A stretch of DNA of 64,000 nt from the NCBI GenBank assembly GCA_918797485.1, contig CAKKNE010000004.1:2976001-3040000 (forward strand). Direction: 5' to 3'. The notes beneath the pieces are model-generated. The model was not told where the DNA came from. It saw nothing but the letters and a program-made list of their open reading frames with translations, and ran no database searches. Shown here one piece after another: positions 10,896 to 21,458 of this stretch (position 1 is its first letter; each line of letters opens with the position of its first letter). This stretch comes from Pelagomonas calceolata. Its lineage: Eukaryota. Made by a program: the position numbers and the translations under genes.

Positions 10896-12438
10896 ATGGC
10901 ACAAAACAAAGCCACACCGGTCCTGCTATGCGTCGGCGTGGCAGCGTTGGCAGCGGCAGTGGCCTTGTTGCTCAACGCGGGCCCGCCGCGGGCGCGGCGG
11001 CCGCTGCTAGCTGACCTGCAGCTCCTCGACGGGACCGCCTGGCGCCTCACGGGACGTTTGCAAGTCTCGCGCAGCGAACGCGAGCTCACGGCGCAATTCA
11101 ATGCGCCGCCGGGGACACCGCTGCGATTGTTGAACGCCTCGGCGGCGTTCCGAGACGTCTGGCGGCGCGCGGCTGGGAGTGAGTGGCGGGATGGCACTGC
11201 ATCGGAGAACGTCCAAGTCTCGGACGAGGTCTTCGTCACCGCCCTCGAGAGGCACCGTGACGCCGTCGATGCGAAATTTGCGACCGGTCTACTTGCTTGG
11301 GCGGCTTACATCGGCGCGGCAGAAGCGTGCCGCTTGCTCATAGAACTGGGCGCGGACGTGAGCCTAAGACCGGCTCGTATGCTCGGCAGAAATGCGTTGC
11401 ACGTCGCAGCGAGCCGATCCTGGCGAGGCGCCTACGACGCCATCGCCGCGGCAGCCGACGATTCGCTAGCGCTTGAAAGAGACCTCTTTGGCAAGACGCC
11501 AGCGGAATACTGGGCCGCGCGCCCCAAAACCTCGACGGGTGGCGCGTGCGACATCGAGTCTTCGACGGCGTTCACTTCCCGGGAGCTCGCAAGAGCCGTC
11601 TATGGCGGCCGTCCGGTCGTGTGGCGCGGAGCGGCTAGTAACTGGACCGACGCGATCGAAGCGTGGAGCCCCGAGACGTTGGCTTTGGTCGACGACGTCT
11701 TTGTGGAAGCGCACCCCATCCCTCACGGGGAGCAGAGCTTCGGGATAAGCGCGCCGCGACCGCCGGAGAGCCTCGGCGCGTTCGTGAGGCGGTCCTTCGG
11801 TGATGACGTGGCCGCGGCGGCGTGCGAGGGCCGCTGCGGGCCCGACGACGTCTCGGATCTCGCCGATTACGTATTTGACACCGGTGACGCCGCCGACGCG
11901 CTCGTACGCAATTCCAGTCTGATGCCGCGACTCTTGAATATATTGCGTCCAGCACCAGCACTGGACGCCGCGCTTGACGGCATCCCGCGGTGGTTGCATA
12001 GACGAGATGCGCAGGACGTGGTCCAGGTCTACGTGGGTCCCACGGGCGCCGGCGCGCCGTTTCATTATCACGAAAACGCTTTGAACGCCTTGCTCCACGG
12101 CCGCAAGCGCTGGTGGCTCAAGGAGCCGAGCGAGGCCGTCTATTCGGTGCGCCACCCGCGCGCCTGGTGCCGCCGCGGTGTCGAAGTTGCCTTCACGTTG
12201 GAATGTTGCGTACATTACCACCAGCACGCCATCGACGCGACGCGTAATCGATCGGTTGCGACGCAGGACGGACGACGCTACGGACGCCTGCACCTTCGTG
12301 CAAGAAGCGGGCGACGTCGTCCTAGTGCCGGCGAACTGGGCCCACGCCATCCTCAACGAGGCGCCGGTCGTCGGCGCGGCCTTCGAGCACCTCGACGCCT
12401 ACCTGATCGCCTCGAACAGCCGGCGCGTCTTCGCCTGA
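10896..12438 (+). CDS. Ankyrin + JmjC/cupin-like domain protein, 2 exons (10896-12166, 12267-12438)
   Basis: GRNALHVAA and GKTPAEY ankyrin motifs; GRPVVWRG and GAPFHYH..LNALLHGRKRW. Splicing restores CTFVQEAGDVVLVPANWAHAILN, the JmjC C-terminal part with the last His ligand. Confidence 0.8.
12167..12266 (+). other. Spliceosomal intron (GT-AG, 100 nt)
   Basis: TG|gtgccg...acgcag|G ACG joins the two JmjC frames. Confidence 0.75.
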
Positions 12439-12513
12439 GATGTTGCTGTGTGAACCTCGATGGCGGCGGCGCCCGCCTGGAGCTATGTTAAATAACTACT
12501 TACTGTACAAACT

Positions 12514-13155
12514 CTACCTTCGCTTCTTCTTCCCGCCCCCCTTCGAACCCTCCTCCTCGGAGTCCGATTCCTTCTCGTCAGACAACCCGAAGAGGCCCTT
12601 GATCATCTTCTGCGGGTCCGACGAATTGCTCATCTGCTCCTCCATTCTTTTACGTTCTTCGGGATCCAGCGAATCCATCAACTTGGGCATGAAGAAGACC
12701 ATGAGCATCGTGAAGCCCATCATCAGGAGCATGGGATTGCGGAATAACGTATGTAAGCCGGGCTGCTGGCGCTTGTCGAAATATTCTAATTTGACGTGCG
12801 GCCGCAGGTCCACGGGGTACGCCGCGGCGCGCTTGTTCGCTCCCGGGTACATGTACTCCAGGACTCGTATTTCACCGTCGTCCTCGGGCAGGTTCAGCTT
12901 GAACTGCGAGAAGAGGTATTCCGTCGATAACACATCCAGCAAATACACGCCCGGCGCGACATCAGTAAAACGAAACGACCCGTCGGGCCTCGTGAAGGCG
13001 CGGTGCTCGCCGCCGTTCAAGGTCACCTCCGTCGTCCGCAGGTCGCCCTCCTGTAATAACTTTAGCGGGAGCTTGATTTTGCCCTCGACGGCGTGGCCGT
13101 CGACCTGGCTGGCGCTCGCGGCTGCTATGATCAGCGCGCTGGCGAGGCGGCGCAT
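12514..13155 (-). CDS. EMC7: ER membrane protein complex subunit 7
   Basis: Signal peptide, DGSFRFTDVAPGVYLLDV, YFDKRQ..LFRNPMLLMM..MPKLMDSLDPE. Confidence 0.88.
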   Translation of the reverse strand: MRRLASALIIAAASASQVDGHAVEGKIKLPLKLLQEGDLRTTEVTLNGGEHRAFTRPDGSFRFTDVAPGVYLLDVLSTEYLFSQFKLNLPEDDGEIRVLEYMYPGANKRAAAYPVDLRPHVKLEYFDKRQQPGLHTLFRNPMLLMMGFTMLMVFFMPKLMDSLDPEERKRMEEQMSNSSDPQKMIKGLFGLSDEKESDSEEEGSKGGGKKKRR

Positions 13156-13321
13156 CGTCGGCGCTTTTGTTTTGCAGGCTTAGTCCCTGACTTCCTAATT
13201 GATGCTGCGGCGGCGTCGCGCTGCCCTGGTCGCACCGGGTAGTCACTGGGTGATGTCTGCGCGTCCTACGGTGACCTGTTTCTACGCCGCGCCCCGATAT
13301 AAGCTTGCCCGCGTTTTGCAG

Positions 13322-13345
13322 GCTAGCGTTCATAGACACACTAGG
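13322..13345 (+). promoter_or_regulatory. CTAG box copy
   Basis: GCTAGCGTTCATAGACACACTAGG. Confidence 0.6.
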
Positions 13346-13553
13346 CGCCACGCGGAGCTTTTTGGAGATAAGCCAAATTGCACCTTATTGCGCCGTGCAA
13401 AAGCGTCGTCGTTGCAACACGACACGCGCATATACCTTCCTGCCGCTGTGAGACGCTGTGACAGCGCTTGTGCACCTAAGCGTCGCCCAAGACACTTGCT
13501 GCAAAAAAGTGACTCGCCACCCAGCGCCACTCAGCACCGCGCCACCCAGCATA

Positions 13554-14287
13554 ATGCTCCGACGGATATTGCTTGCGCTAGCGCTGCTCGCCACCGGCGA
13601 GGCGGCCAAGGCCAAAGCAGACCCGAAAGAGTGCGAGGTCTGCATAGCGAACCTCGAGGCCATCGACAAACTCATCGACAAGGACGAGAAGACGTCCAAG
13701 CAGAGCATCATGGAGGCCATCACGAAGCAGGCCGCCCGCGTCAACAACTCTCACTTCACCATAGCGCCCTGCGCCCCCGCGGCCTACCACAGCCCCGGCG
13801 GGCGGGCCACGCCGCTTCTGCCGCCCCGGCGCGCGCCTCCTGGGCGCCCGCGGCGGCGACGGCGCGCGGAGACACACAAAGTTCTCGCGTGCCGTACGCG
13901 AATAACAACACTCGACGGCGCAGGCACTGCGGCGACCTCCAAAACGAGCAGCCGAACCCGGCACTCAACGCGCGCGACCGCAAGATGTGTTATTATTTCG
14001 AGCCGATCCGCGCCGCCATCGCGCAGCCCTTCAGCACGCGCATGCCCAAGGACCGCGTCTGCAAGCGCCTCAAGCAGAGCAACGGCGAGATCTGCAACGT
14101 CAAGTACCAGGTCCAGGTCGACAACAACCTGTCGGACGAGGAGATGCTCGCGCAGCTCAAGAAGAAGCGGGTCAAGGAGCTGAAGGGCATCCTCAACGAC
14201 CGCGGCGTCAAGTGCGAGGGCTGCCTCGAGAAGGACGACTTCATCAAGAAGATCATGGCGACGAACGGCATGAGCACGGACTTCTAA
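13554..14287 (+). CDS. MANF/CDNF (ARMET)-like ER protein, 2 exons (13554-13726, 13924-14287)
   Basis: Signal peptide, saposin-like ECEVC...MCYY...VCKRL...IC, C-terminal LKKKRVKELKGIL..CEGCLEKDDF, ER-retention-like end STDF. Confidence 0.85.
13727..13923 (+). other. Spliceosomal intron (GC-AG, 197 nt)
   Basis: AA|gcaggc...gcgcag|G CAC TGC is the nearby donor whose phase restores the MANF frame (K-H-C). Confidence 0.65.
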
Positions 14288-14391
14288 GAAGACAAGTATT
14301 AACTCTCTCTGTTACGGTGCGAGGGAGACACGCGCGTCGCCGATTTATCGGCGGCGGGCGTGCCGCGAGCAATCTCGACGCCCGGCCGCTT

Positions 14392-14414
14392 GCTAGTGTC
14401 TTTCAGGCGCTAGC
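14392..14414 (-). promoter_or_regulatory. CTAG box copy
   Basis: Reverse strand GCTAGCGCCTGAAAGACACTAGC. Confidence 0.7.
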
Positions 14415-14485
14415 TCGAGCGCGTGAGAGAGAGAGAGCCACTTATTGAACCCACCCCCAGGTAGTACGGACCCCGAACGCTCGTG

Positions 14486-14509
14486 GCTAGCGGCCTGTAA
14501 GACACTAGC
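14486..14509 (+). promoter_or_regulatory. CTAG box copy (consensus)
   Basis: GCTAGCGGCCTGTAAGACACTAGC. Confidence 0.7.
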
Positions 14510-14652
14510 AAGCAAGCAGCGCTTGCTGTGCGAGGTGCAGAGCTGCAACACGCAGGGTCAAGGGAGTAGTTGTGATTGCAAAGCGCTACGAGAGTCGTGC
14601 GAGTGCCGTGCTTCATCGCTGCGGTCGAACGTCACGCAGCGGACGCGAACGC

Positions 14653-15867
14653 ATGGCCATGCGCGCCATCCTCGCGCTAGCCGGCGCAGCGGCATTCACA
14701 GCCACAACACCAGCCGCAAAGCAGAAGAAACCGGACACCGCGAGCGAGTTCGGCGACGAGCTCGACTTGTCATTGGCTTTCTTCCGCGAGGAGGGCCGGC
14801 CGGCCCGAGATCTCGCTGTGCTCGCCTGCTCGTATGCGCTCGAAAGCCGACAAAAGGTAAGGGTCCTCGACGCGTGTGCGGGCGCCGGCGCGCGGACGCT
14901 CCGCTACCTCCGGGACCTCCCTTCGGACGTGGAAGTCCTCGCCAACGAGCCGAATGATGGGACGCAGCTCGAGGCGAACTGCTTGACGTATGATAACGTA
15001 AAATTCGCGTCCGGCGACGCCGGCGAGCTGCTCGCGCGCAACCCGAGGAGTTTCGACGTCGTCGACGTCGACTCGTTCGGGTTGAGCGGCGACCCGGCTT
15101 TAGCGGTCCAGGCGGCTTTGAGTGGAGGCGTCGTGTTGCTAGCGACGACGGGCGCCGCGGCCGCCGGCGCGCGCGGCAAGGCCGCGCGGGCCGCTCTGAA
15201 AAAACGACTGGGCTGTGCCGCGTGCAAGACGCCCGCGCAGAACGAGCTCGGACTACGGATGCTGCTGGGCGCGGCGGCGCGGGCGGCGTCTGATGATGAC
15301 GCCGTGCTCCGGCCGCTGTTCTCGCACTACGCGGCGCACGGGCCGGTCTTTCGCGTCGCGGCCGTCGTCGATAGAAGTGGTGACTCGGACGCGCGAGGGG
15401 AGCAGTTCCTGGTCTGCTGCCGGAGCTGCGGCCAGGCCGCGTTTTCGCCTTCAGTACTAACGAGTTGCGGAACCTGCGGCGAGGACCTGGGCGAGGACGC
15501 CGTCGCGGGCCCGGTGTGGGCGGGCCCTTTACATGATTTCAATGCGATCGCGGCGATGCGCGCCGACGCGGAGGGGCGGGGCTGGGTCGGCGACCGGGGC
15601 TACGGGCGGAAGCTCGCGAGGTTACTGGACACGTTGGTGGACGAGAGCCGCGACGCGGACCTCGACGCGTCTCTATTTATATCGTTGGACGACGTCGCGC
15701 GGCGCGCCGGCGTCCGCACGCCGTCGAAGGGCGGCCTCGTCGCCGCGTTAGACAAGGCGGGCTTCCGCGCTGCGTCGACGCACGTCGAGGGCAAGGCCGT
15801 CAAGACCGACGCGCCCATGGCGGCTTGTGTTGACGCGGCGCGTGTTGCGGACGCCGCGGGGAGTTAA
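14653..15867 (+). CDS. TRM1: tRNA (guanine26-N2)-dimethyltransferase Trm1-like, probably plastid-targeted
   Basis: RDLAVL, VLDACAGAGARTLRY, FDVVDVDSFG, ELGLRMLLG, CxxC..CxxC, GPVWAGPLHD, ASTH..AVKTDAP. N-terminal signal followed by AAAF. Confidence 0.82.
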   Translation: MAMRAILALAGAAAFTATTPAAKQKKPDTASEFGDELDLSLAFFREEGRPARDLAVLACSYALESRQKVRVLDACAGAGARTLRYLRDLPSDVEVLANEPNDGTQLEANCLTYDNVKFASGDAGELLARNPRSFDVVDVDSFGLSGDPALAVQAALSGGVVLLATTGAAAAGARGKAARAALKKRLGCAACKTPAQNELGLRMLLGAAARAASDDDAVLRPLFSHYAAHGPVFRVAAVVDRSGDSDARGEQFLVCCRSCGQAAFSPSVLTSCGTCGEDLGEDAVAGPVWAGPLHDFNAIAAMRADAEGRGWVGDRGYGRKLARLLDTLVDESRDADLDASLFISLDDVARRAGVRTPSKGGLVAALDKAGFRAASTHVEGKAVKTDAPMAACVDAARVADAAGS

Positions 15868-15910
15868 CTTTGTTGTATATGTACTTTGTGTCCGAAATTA
15901 GAAAATCCGC

Positions 15911-15933
15911 GCTAGCGGCCTGTAACACACTAG
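15911..15933 (+). promoter_or_regulatory. CTAG box copy
   Basis: GCTAGCGGCCTGTAACACACTAG. Confidence 0.7.
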
Positions 15934-16125
15934 AAACGCAGCCATTTTGCGCGGGAGAGCCAGCTCGCCTGTGTGACTAGCCTCGTTGCTGGATTGCGTG
16001 TTTTTGAAACCTTCTGCTGCAGCAGTCGCTGGCAGCCAGCGCTCCACGAAGCGCCGCACGAGCAGGCCAAGCACCTTGGGAGAGCGGCGCGCGCGCGCCA
16101 GACGCAGAGCGCCGCCGACGCAAAG

Positions 16126-17750
16126 ATGAAGGAGATCATCACGCTCTGCGTCGGCCAGTGCGGCAACCAGATCGGCTCCGAGTTCTGGAAGCAGATCACG
16201 GCCGAGCATGGGATAAGACCGAACGGCGTGCCGGAGGACTTCGCGTTGGAAGGGGATGACCGGAAGGACGTCTTCTTCTACGAGGCGGATGATGCCCGAT
16301 TCGTTCCTCGAGCGTTGTTGCTGGATTTGGAACCGCGCGTCGTGAACAATATTCAAAATAGCCAGCACCGGGACCTGTTCAACCCCGAGAACATATTTGT
16401 GAGCAAGGAGGGCGGCGGCGCGGGCAACAACTGGGCTTCTGGGCATAGACAAGCGGAAGAAAACGCGGAATTACTGGCGGACATGCTAGACAGGGAGGCC
16501 GACAACTCTGATTCACTAGAGGGCTTCGTCCTGACCCACTCGATAGCAGGAGGTACGGGCAGCGGCATGGGGTCCTACATCCTCGAGCATCTGAACGACC
16601 ACTTTCCGAAGAAATTGGTCTCTACTTATTCCGTCTTCCCGAACTGGGAAGAAGATCAGAGCGACGTGGTGGTACAACCGTACAACTCGATCCTAACTCT
16701 TAAAAGATTAGCGGTGAACGCCGATTGCGTCGTGGTGTTGGACAATACGGCATTGAACAGGATCGCGGTGGACCGGCTACGGATCCCGAACCCGAGCGTG
16801 CACCACGTCAACTCGCTGGTGTCGACGGTCATGGCCGCGTCTACCACAACACTGAGATATCCTGGGTATACGAACAACGACCTGGTCGGTCTCGTGGCTT
16901 CTCTGGTACCGACGCCGCGGTGCCACTTCCTCATGACGGGCTACACGCCTCTCACCATCTCCGCCGATGAGTTGGCACGAGGCGACGCCTCCAAGCCTCC
17001 GACACAACTACCTGGTTCGGAACCGGCGGGCAAGGACGAGCGCATGGTGCACACGTCGACGGTCCGTTTGCGGCGTCTGCTATTTGTGACGTGTCGCCTC
17101 GATGGCGTACGAGCTGTGACGCCATCGCCGCGACACGCGCGCAAACACGCCTCCCAACGCAGGACCCGCGCGAACGGCCGCCGCCGCCGCCCGCGGGGGC
17201 CGTCCGGAAGACTTCTGTGTTGGACGTCATGCGTAGACTAACCCAAGCGAAGAACATCATGGTCTCGGCCAATACGAGGAAGGGCTGTTACTTATCTCTG
17301 TTAAATATCATCCAGGGCGACGTCGACCCGACGCAAGTGCACAAAGCACTCCAACGAGTTAGAGAGAGACGCTTAGTAAGTTTCATACCGTGGGGGCCGG
17401 CGACCTTCAACGTCGCGCTGTCCCGCAAAAGTCCATATGTCGAGACGAAGCACAAAGTCTCTGGATTGTTACTGGCGAACCATACGTGTGTTTCCCAGTT
17501 GTTTGCGAAGACGCTGACGGCGTATGATCGAATCAGGAAGCGCAATGCTTTCGTGGAGAACTACCGGAGGGAGCCGATGTTCGCCGATTCCTTAGACGAG
17601 TTCGACGATTCGCGAGATGTGGTCCAGTCGCTGCGGGACGAGTACATCGCGGCCGAATCCCCGGACTACGTCGAGTGGGGCGTGGGCGAGGAAGACGACG
17701 CGGGCGGGCTGCTGGACGACGGCGGCGGCGCGTTCGCGTCGGACGCGTGA
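16126..17750 (+). CDS. TUBG1: Gamma-tubulin, 2 exons (16126-17061, 17163-17750)
   Basis: [80 protein letters not shown]. Confidence 0.95.
17062..17162 (+). other. Spliceosomal intron (GT-AG, 101 nt)
   Basis: ACG|gtccgt...ccaacgcag|GAC joins the two tubulin frames; contains an internal hairpin. Confidence 0.75.
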
Positions 17751-18037
17751 GGAGGGTGCCCGTTTTGGAGTAACTAGCGTCGATGGCGTTTTTTAGCGGA
17801 GCCGTCGGGTAGCCATTGGTCTCACCCTCCCACGAGCGAAGTCTTTCGTGAAACAAAACGGGTTTCCCTCGGCGTGTATATTGCGCCCATTTTAGCGTTA
17901 CCTGAACGCCGTCGCGCGCTTCCGGTAACGGCGTACTAACGCATATCGACAACCGAGCCGCTCCTGTGCATTCGTGCGAGGAATAAGAGCTCTAACAAGA
18001 GGAACAGTGTTGTGACTCGCAGGGTCGGCGCGGAGAC

Positions 18038-18562
18038 ATGAGCTCACCTAAACGGCACTGGGTCCCCGGCGCCGGTTGGAGGCCCGGCCCCGCGCCGGAC
18101 GCCGCAGATCGCAGCGGGCCGACGCCCGCGCGCAAAAAAGGCGGGCGACCACCGAAGACCGTAACTACCACAACCGTCGGCGCGTCGGCGCAAGGAAAGC
18201 GCCCGAAGCTCCCGAGCGCGCCGCCGGCGAAGCGGCTCCGGTCGAACAGCCCCGCCGTGCCCGGGGTGCCGCTGCCGATCGAGGGGCGCGCGAGCAAACT
18301 GCCGGCGGAGCGGGGTCCCGGCGACGGCGTCGGCAAGGGCGCGGTACTGCGCGTGTTCTTCGAGGGCTTTGGCTGGGCGACGGGCCACGTCCAGAAGGTC
18401 ACGCGCGACGGCGCAGTCGACGTCTTTTGGGTGTCGGACGCTTCCTACTCGACGATCACGCGGTCCGTCGCCGCGGCACACGTCGTGCTGCCGGCGCTCG
18501 TCTCCGCGCCGATGCACGCACTCGCGTCGAAGAACGGCGTCGTCGGGTGCCGGGGCCTCTGA
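18038..18562 (+). CDS. Hypothetical basic protein with possible Tudor-like C-terminal domain
   Basis: ATG-started 174-aa ORF; VLRVFFEGFGWATGHVQKV..VDVFW pattern resembles a Tudor barrel. Confidence 0.4.
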   Translation: MSSPKRHWVPGAGWRPGPAPDAADRSGPTPARKKGGRPPKTVTTTTVGASAQGKRPKLPSAPPAKRLRSNSPAVPGVPLPIEGRASKLPAERGPGDGVGKGAVLRVFFEGFGWATGHVQKVTRDGAVDVFWVSDASYSTITRSVAAAHVVLPALVSAPMHALASKNGVVGCRGL

Positions 18563-18714
18563 GCTTTTCGCGCGCGAGGGTCGAGCCCGCGCTCCCCAGA
18601 CTATTCTCACCATCTAAGTTTCCAAGTCCTTCATTGTCGCCTGCTAGGAGCCCAGGAGTTGCAGATAACCGTAGAGAACGCCAAGCGGTGCGCAAGCGGA
18701 GACCTTGCGGAGAC

Positions 18715-18738
18715 CTAGTGTCTTTACATGCCGCTAGC
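18715..18738 (-). promoter_or_regulatory. CTAG box copy
   Basis: Reverse strand GCTAGCGGCATGTAAAGACACTAG. Confidence 0.7.
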
Positions 18739-18936
18739 TAATCATTGCCATCCGCGATATCGCAGCGAGGCGGCAAAGCACGCAAGCGATTGACTCGCGC
18801 GCCGATTAGAAATACTTCTCGCTGCACAATCTCTTGTCTGCGAGCGAAACACTGCATCGCCAGAGAGCAAAAGCTTGGTTGAGCAGCCAAAGCTTGGCTG
18901 TGCAGCCAGCAGTCGTAAAGCACCGCAGCCACAGAA

Positions 18937-20400
18937 ATGGATGCCCTCGTGAAGCAGTGCGAGGCCGCCGGCGAGGCCGTCAAGCAGGCGAAAGCCGGCG
19001 GCGACGCCGACGACGTCAAAGCGAAGGTCGCGGCGCTCGTGAAGATCAAGGAGGAAATCACGAAGCTCGACCCCGCGCACCCGATGGCTATTGTGGATAA
19101 GAAGGCCGCGAAAAAGAAGGCCGCGGCCGCGAAGAAGGCCGCGGCCGGAGCCCAGCCCGCGGCCGAGGGCGGCGACAAGCCGATGTCCAAGAACGCGCAG
19201 AAGGCCTTAGCCAAGAAACAAGCAAAATTAGCCAAGAAGGCCCAGCACAAGGAAAACGCGGCGGCGAACGCGCCGCCGCCGCCGCCCTCTGCCAAAGATA
19301 CACCAGTAAAAGAAGGAGACCTCGCCGCCGCTCTCACGGCCATCGCCTCCCAAACGGCCGGCCCCTTGGCGAGCAAGGCGGCGCACTGGCGGTCCCTCGC
19401 GCCCCAGGCCTGTGGTAGTACACCTATGGAAAAGGCGAAGTGCGCGGAGTGGATGGCTTGGTGCGAGGCGCCGCCGGCCGACGCCGCGCAGGTGTTGGAT
19501 GCGGCGTTGGCTGATAGGTCCTTCCTCGCGGCGGAGCGCCTGACGCTGGCCGACGTCGCTTGTTACGTTGCATGTAAACAAGCCGTCGCGGGCGCGTCGT
19601 GCCGGAACGCGGCGCGCTGGCTGCGCCAGGTCCAGGCCGAGTGCCGACGGCTGGCCCCCAAAGCGGCCTGGCCGGAGCTCGTAGCAGCGGGCCCCCAGAA
19701 CGTGGCGGGGCCGCTCGCCGCGTCGAACACGGCTGCGCCCAAGGCCAAGCCGCCGCCGAAAGTAGTACAGGAGAAGCCCAAGGCGCCTCCGGCTGAAAAG
19801 AAGAAGGAGAAGAAGCCCAAGGCGCCCAAGCCTAAGGCGCCGCCCGCTCCAGCAGCACCGGAGCCGTCGTCGCCCGAGGAGGCCTGCGAGCAGGCCGCGC
19901 CTTTACTAGATATCCGTGTCGGCACGGTGACGAAGTGCTGGGAGCACCCGGAGGCCGAAAAATTGTACTGCGAGGAGATCGACATCGGCGAGAAGGACGG
20001 GCCGCGGACGATCGCGTCCGGCCTGCGGCCCTTCTACGCGTCGGCGGACTTGATCCAGGGCCGGCAGGTTTTAGTGTTTGCCAACCTGAAGGCGCGGAAC
20101 ATGCAGGGGTTTCGGTCGAACGGCATGGTCTTGTGTGCTTCTACTCCCGATCATTCGAAGGTCGAGCTGCTGGCCGTGCCGGCCGGCGCGAAGAACGGCG
20201 ATAGGGTGCGGTTCGGCGACTTGAAGGTCGTGGACGCGGCGAAGCCGGCCCAGGTCCAGAAGAAGAAGCTGCTCGAGAAGGTTATCGGCTACCTGAAAAC
20301 GGACGGGAAAGGTACGGCAACAGTGCTCGGGAAGCACGCCTTCACGCTCGACGCGGGTGTTATCTCGGCGCCGAACTTCCCCGACAGCGTGATTGGGTAA
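18937..20400 (+). CDS. Arc1p/AIMP1-like aminoacyl-tRNA synthetase cofactor (WHEP-like, GST-C-like, tRNA-binding OB fold)
   Basis: GEAVKQAKA..VAALVKIKEE; LADRSFLAAERLTLADV; LDIRVG..HPEAEKLYCEEIDIGE..RTIASGL..NLKARNMQGFRSNGMVLCAS. Confidence 0.85.
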   Translation: MDALVKQCEAAGEAVKQAKAGGDADDVKAKVAALVKIKEEITKLDPAHPMAIVDKKAAKKKAAAAKKAAAGAQPAAEGGDKPMSKNAQKALAKKQAKLAKKAQHKENAAANAPPPPPSAKDTPVKEGDLAAALTAIASQTAGPLASKAAHWRSLAPQACGSTPMEKAKCAEWMAWCEAPPADAAQVLDAALADRSFLAAERLTLADVACYVACKQAVAGASCRNAARWLRQVQAECRRLAPKAAWPELVAAGPQNVAGPLAASNTAAPKAKPPPKVVQEKPKAPPAEKKKEKKPKAPKPKAPPAPAAPEPSSPEEACEQAAPLLDIRVGTVTKCWEHPEAEKLYCEEIDIGEKDGPRTIASGLRPFYASADLIQGRQVLVFANLKARNMQGFRSNGMVLCASTPDHSKVELLAVPAGAKNGDRVRFGDLKVVDAAKPAQVQKKKLLEKVIGYLKTDGKGTATVLGKHAFTLDAGVISAPNFPDSVIG

Positions 20401-20412
20401 GTTTGCTAGATC

Positions 20413-20765
20413 TTAGGGAGCGCCTGATTCGCGGGCGCGGAGCGTAGCGCGCATGGTCAGCAGGGATCCCTCCATGCTCACCACGTAGGGGTGCGCGCCA
20501 CCGAGCACGCGTCGCGCGGTCGGTGCCGTCTCCTCAACTGTCTCAAGGGCCTCGCGAAGATCACGGGGCTCGGCCGTGCCGTGTTTGTAGAGCGCCTTCG
20601 CGTAAATCCACCGCAGTCTGAGCGTGGTTGTGTGACGATCGCCAAGAACGCGTCGTGCTATGGGCACCATTTTGCGCATCATAGACTTGGCTTCTTCGAA
20701 GCGCTTTAGTTTCACAAGCGTGTCAGCGTAGTTGTCGGCTGCCTGGAGCGTAGTGACATTTTCTT
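20413..20765 (-). pseudogene. 5'-truncated fragment of an 'RRVLG' TPR-like helical repeat gene
   Basis: TLQAADNYADTL..RFEEAKSMMRKMVPIARRVLG..TLRLRWIYA..ARRVLGGAHP. No in-frame ATG upstream of the homologous part before a stop near 20830. Confidence 0.55.
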
Positions 20766-21093
20766 GGGCGGCCGCCGCGAAACGGCGCAGCCTTCGGAGA
20801 TCAAGCTCTACGTGGAACCTGAGGCATTAAATCAAGAACACAACGCGCAGAATCATTCGAACTTCGGCTTCGGGTGGCATCCGATGAACCTACGCGTCGG
20901 CCACCAAGAAAACGTCTCGCAGTTCTCGGGCGACGTGCGGCGGCAGCACTTCTCGCTCTTCGCCTCCGACCCGACGGAAAAGCACGCCTGGCACACGACG
21001 CTGAACACTGTAACGAACTCTTCGAGAGAGTGGGCCTACGTCGGCCACGAGATCAAGGACTCGTGCGCGTATATAACGGGTAAGAAGAAATAG
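20764..21093 (+). pseudogene. Apparent 5'-truncated gene fragment of unknown family
   Basis: Coding-like codon usage. In-frame stop at 20707 and no ATG before the coding-like stretch starts. Confidence 0.35.
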
Positions 21094-21205
21094 GGTAAGG
21101 CCTGAGTATTTGGTCGTCGCGGCGATGGCGTGGGTGGGATCGTATCATGTTACGGTTGCAGGATTAGTGGGCGGAGCCCACCACGGCGATGGGTGGTGGG
21201 ATCAT

Positions 21206-21229
21206 GCTAGCGTCCTGTAAGACACTAGC
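21206..21229 (+). promoter_or_regulatory. CTAG box copy
   Basis: GCTAGCGTCCTGTAAGACACTAGC. Confidence 0.7.
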
Positions 21230-21458
21230 GGCAGCAGCAGCAGCAGCCTCATCGCATTGCGTGACAGCAGCGGAGCGTATTGTTGCGTGCACGTGCTAAA
21301 AGCAGTCTGCACCGCCGCATAAATCGTAGACGAGCCGTCTTGGCATCTGTGCGACATCACGCTGCGCAGCACTCACTCCACCAGAGACAGCGACGCAGCT
21401 GTATTTTGGCATTTGTGCGACGCTCACATCCACCAGCGACGTGTGAGAGGCAAGAGCG

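Noticed and set aside
12170..12270. Programmed frameshift or pseudogene explanation for the split ORFs (JmjC, MANF-like, tubulin, channel, nuclease)
   Set aside because: Each break is resolved by a short G[TC]-AG intron in the right phase.
15973..16125. N-terminal extension of gamma-tubulin (likewise upstream non-ATG starts of other ORFs)
   Set aside because: The track uses GTG/TTG starts. In this eukaryotic context the ATG at 16126 matches the conserved tubulin N-terminus.
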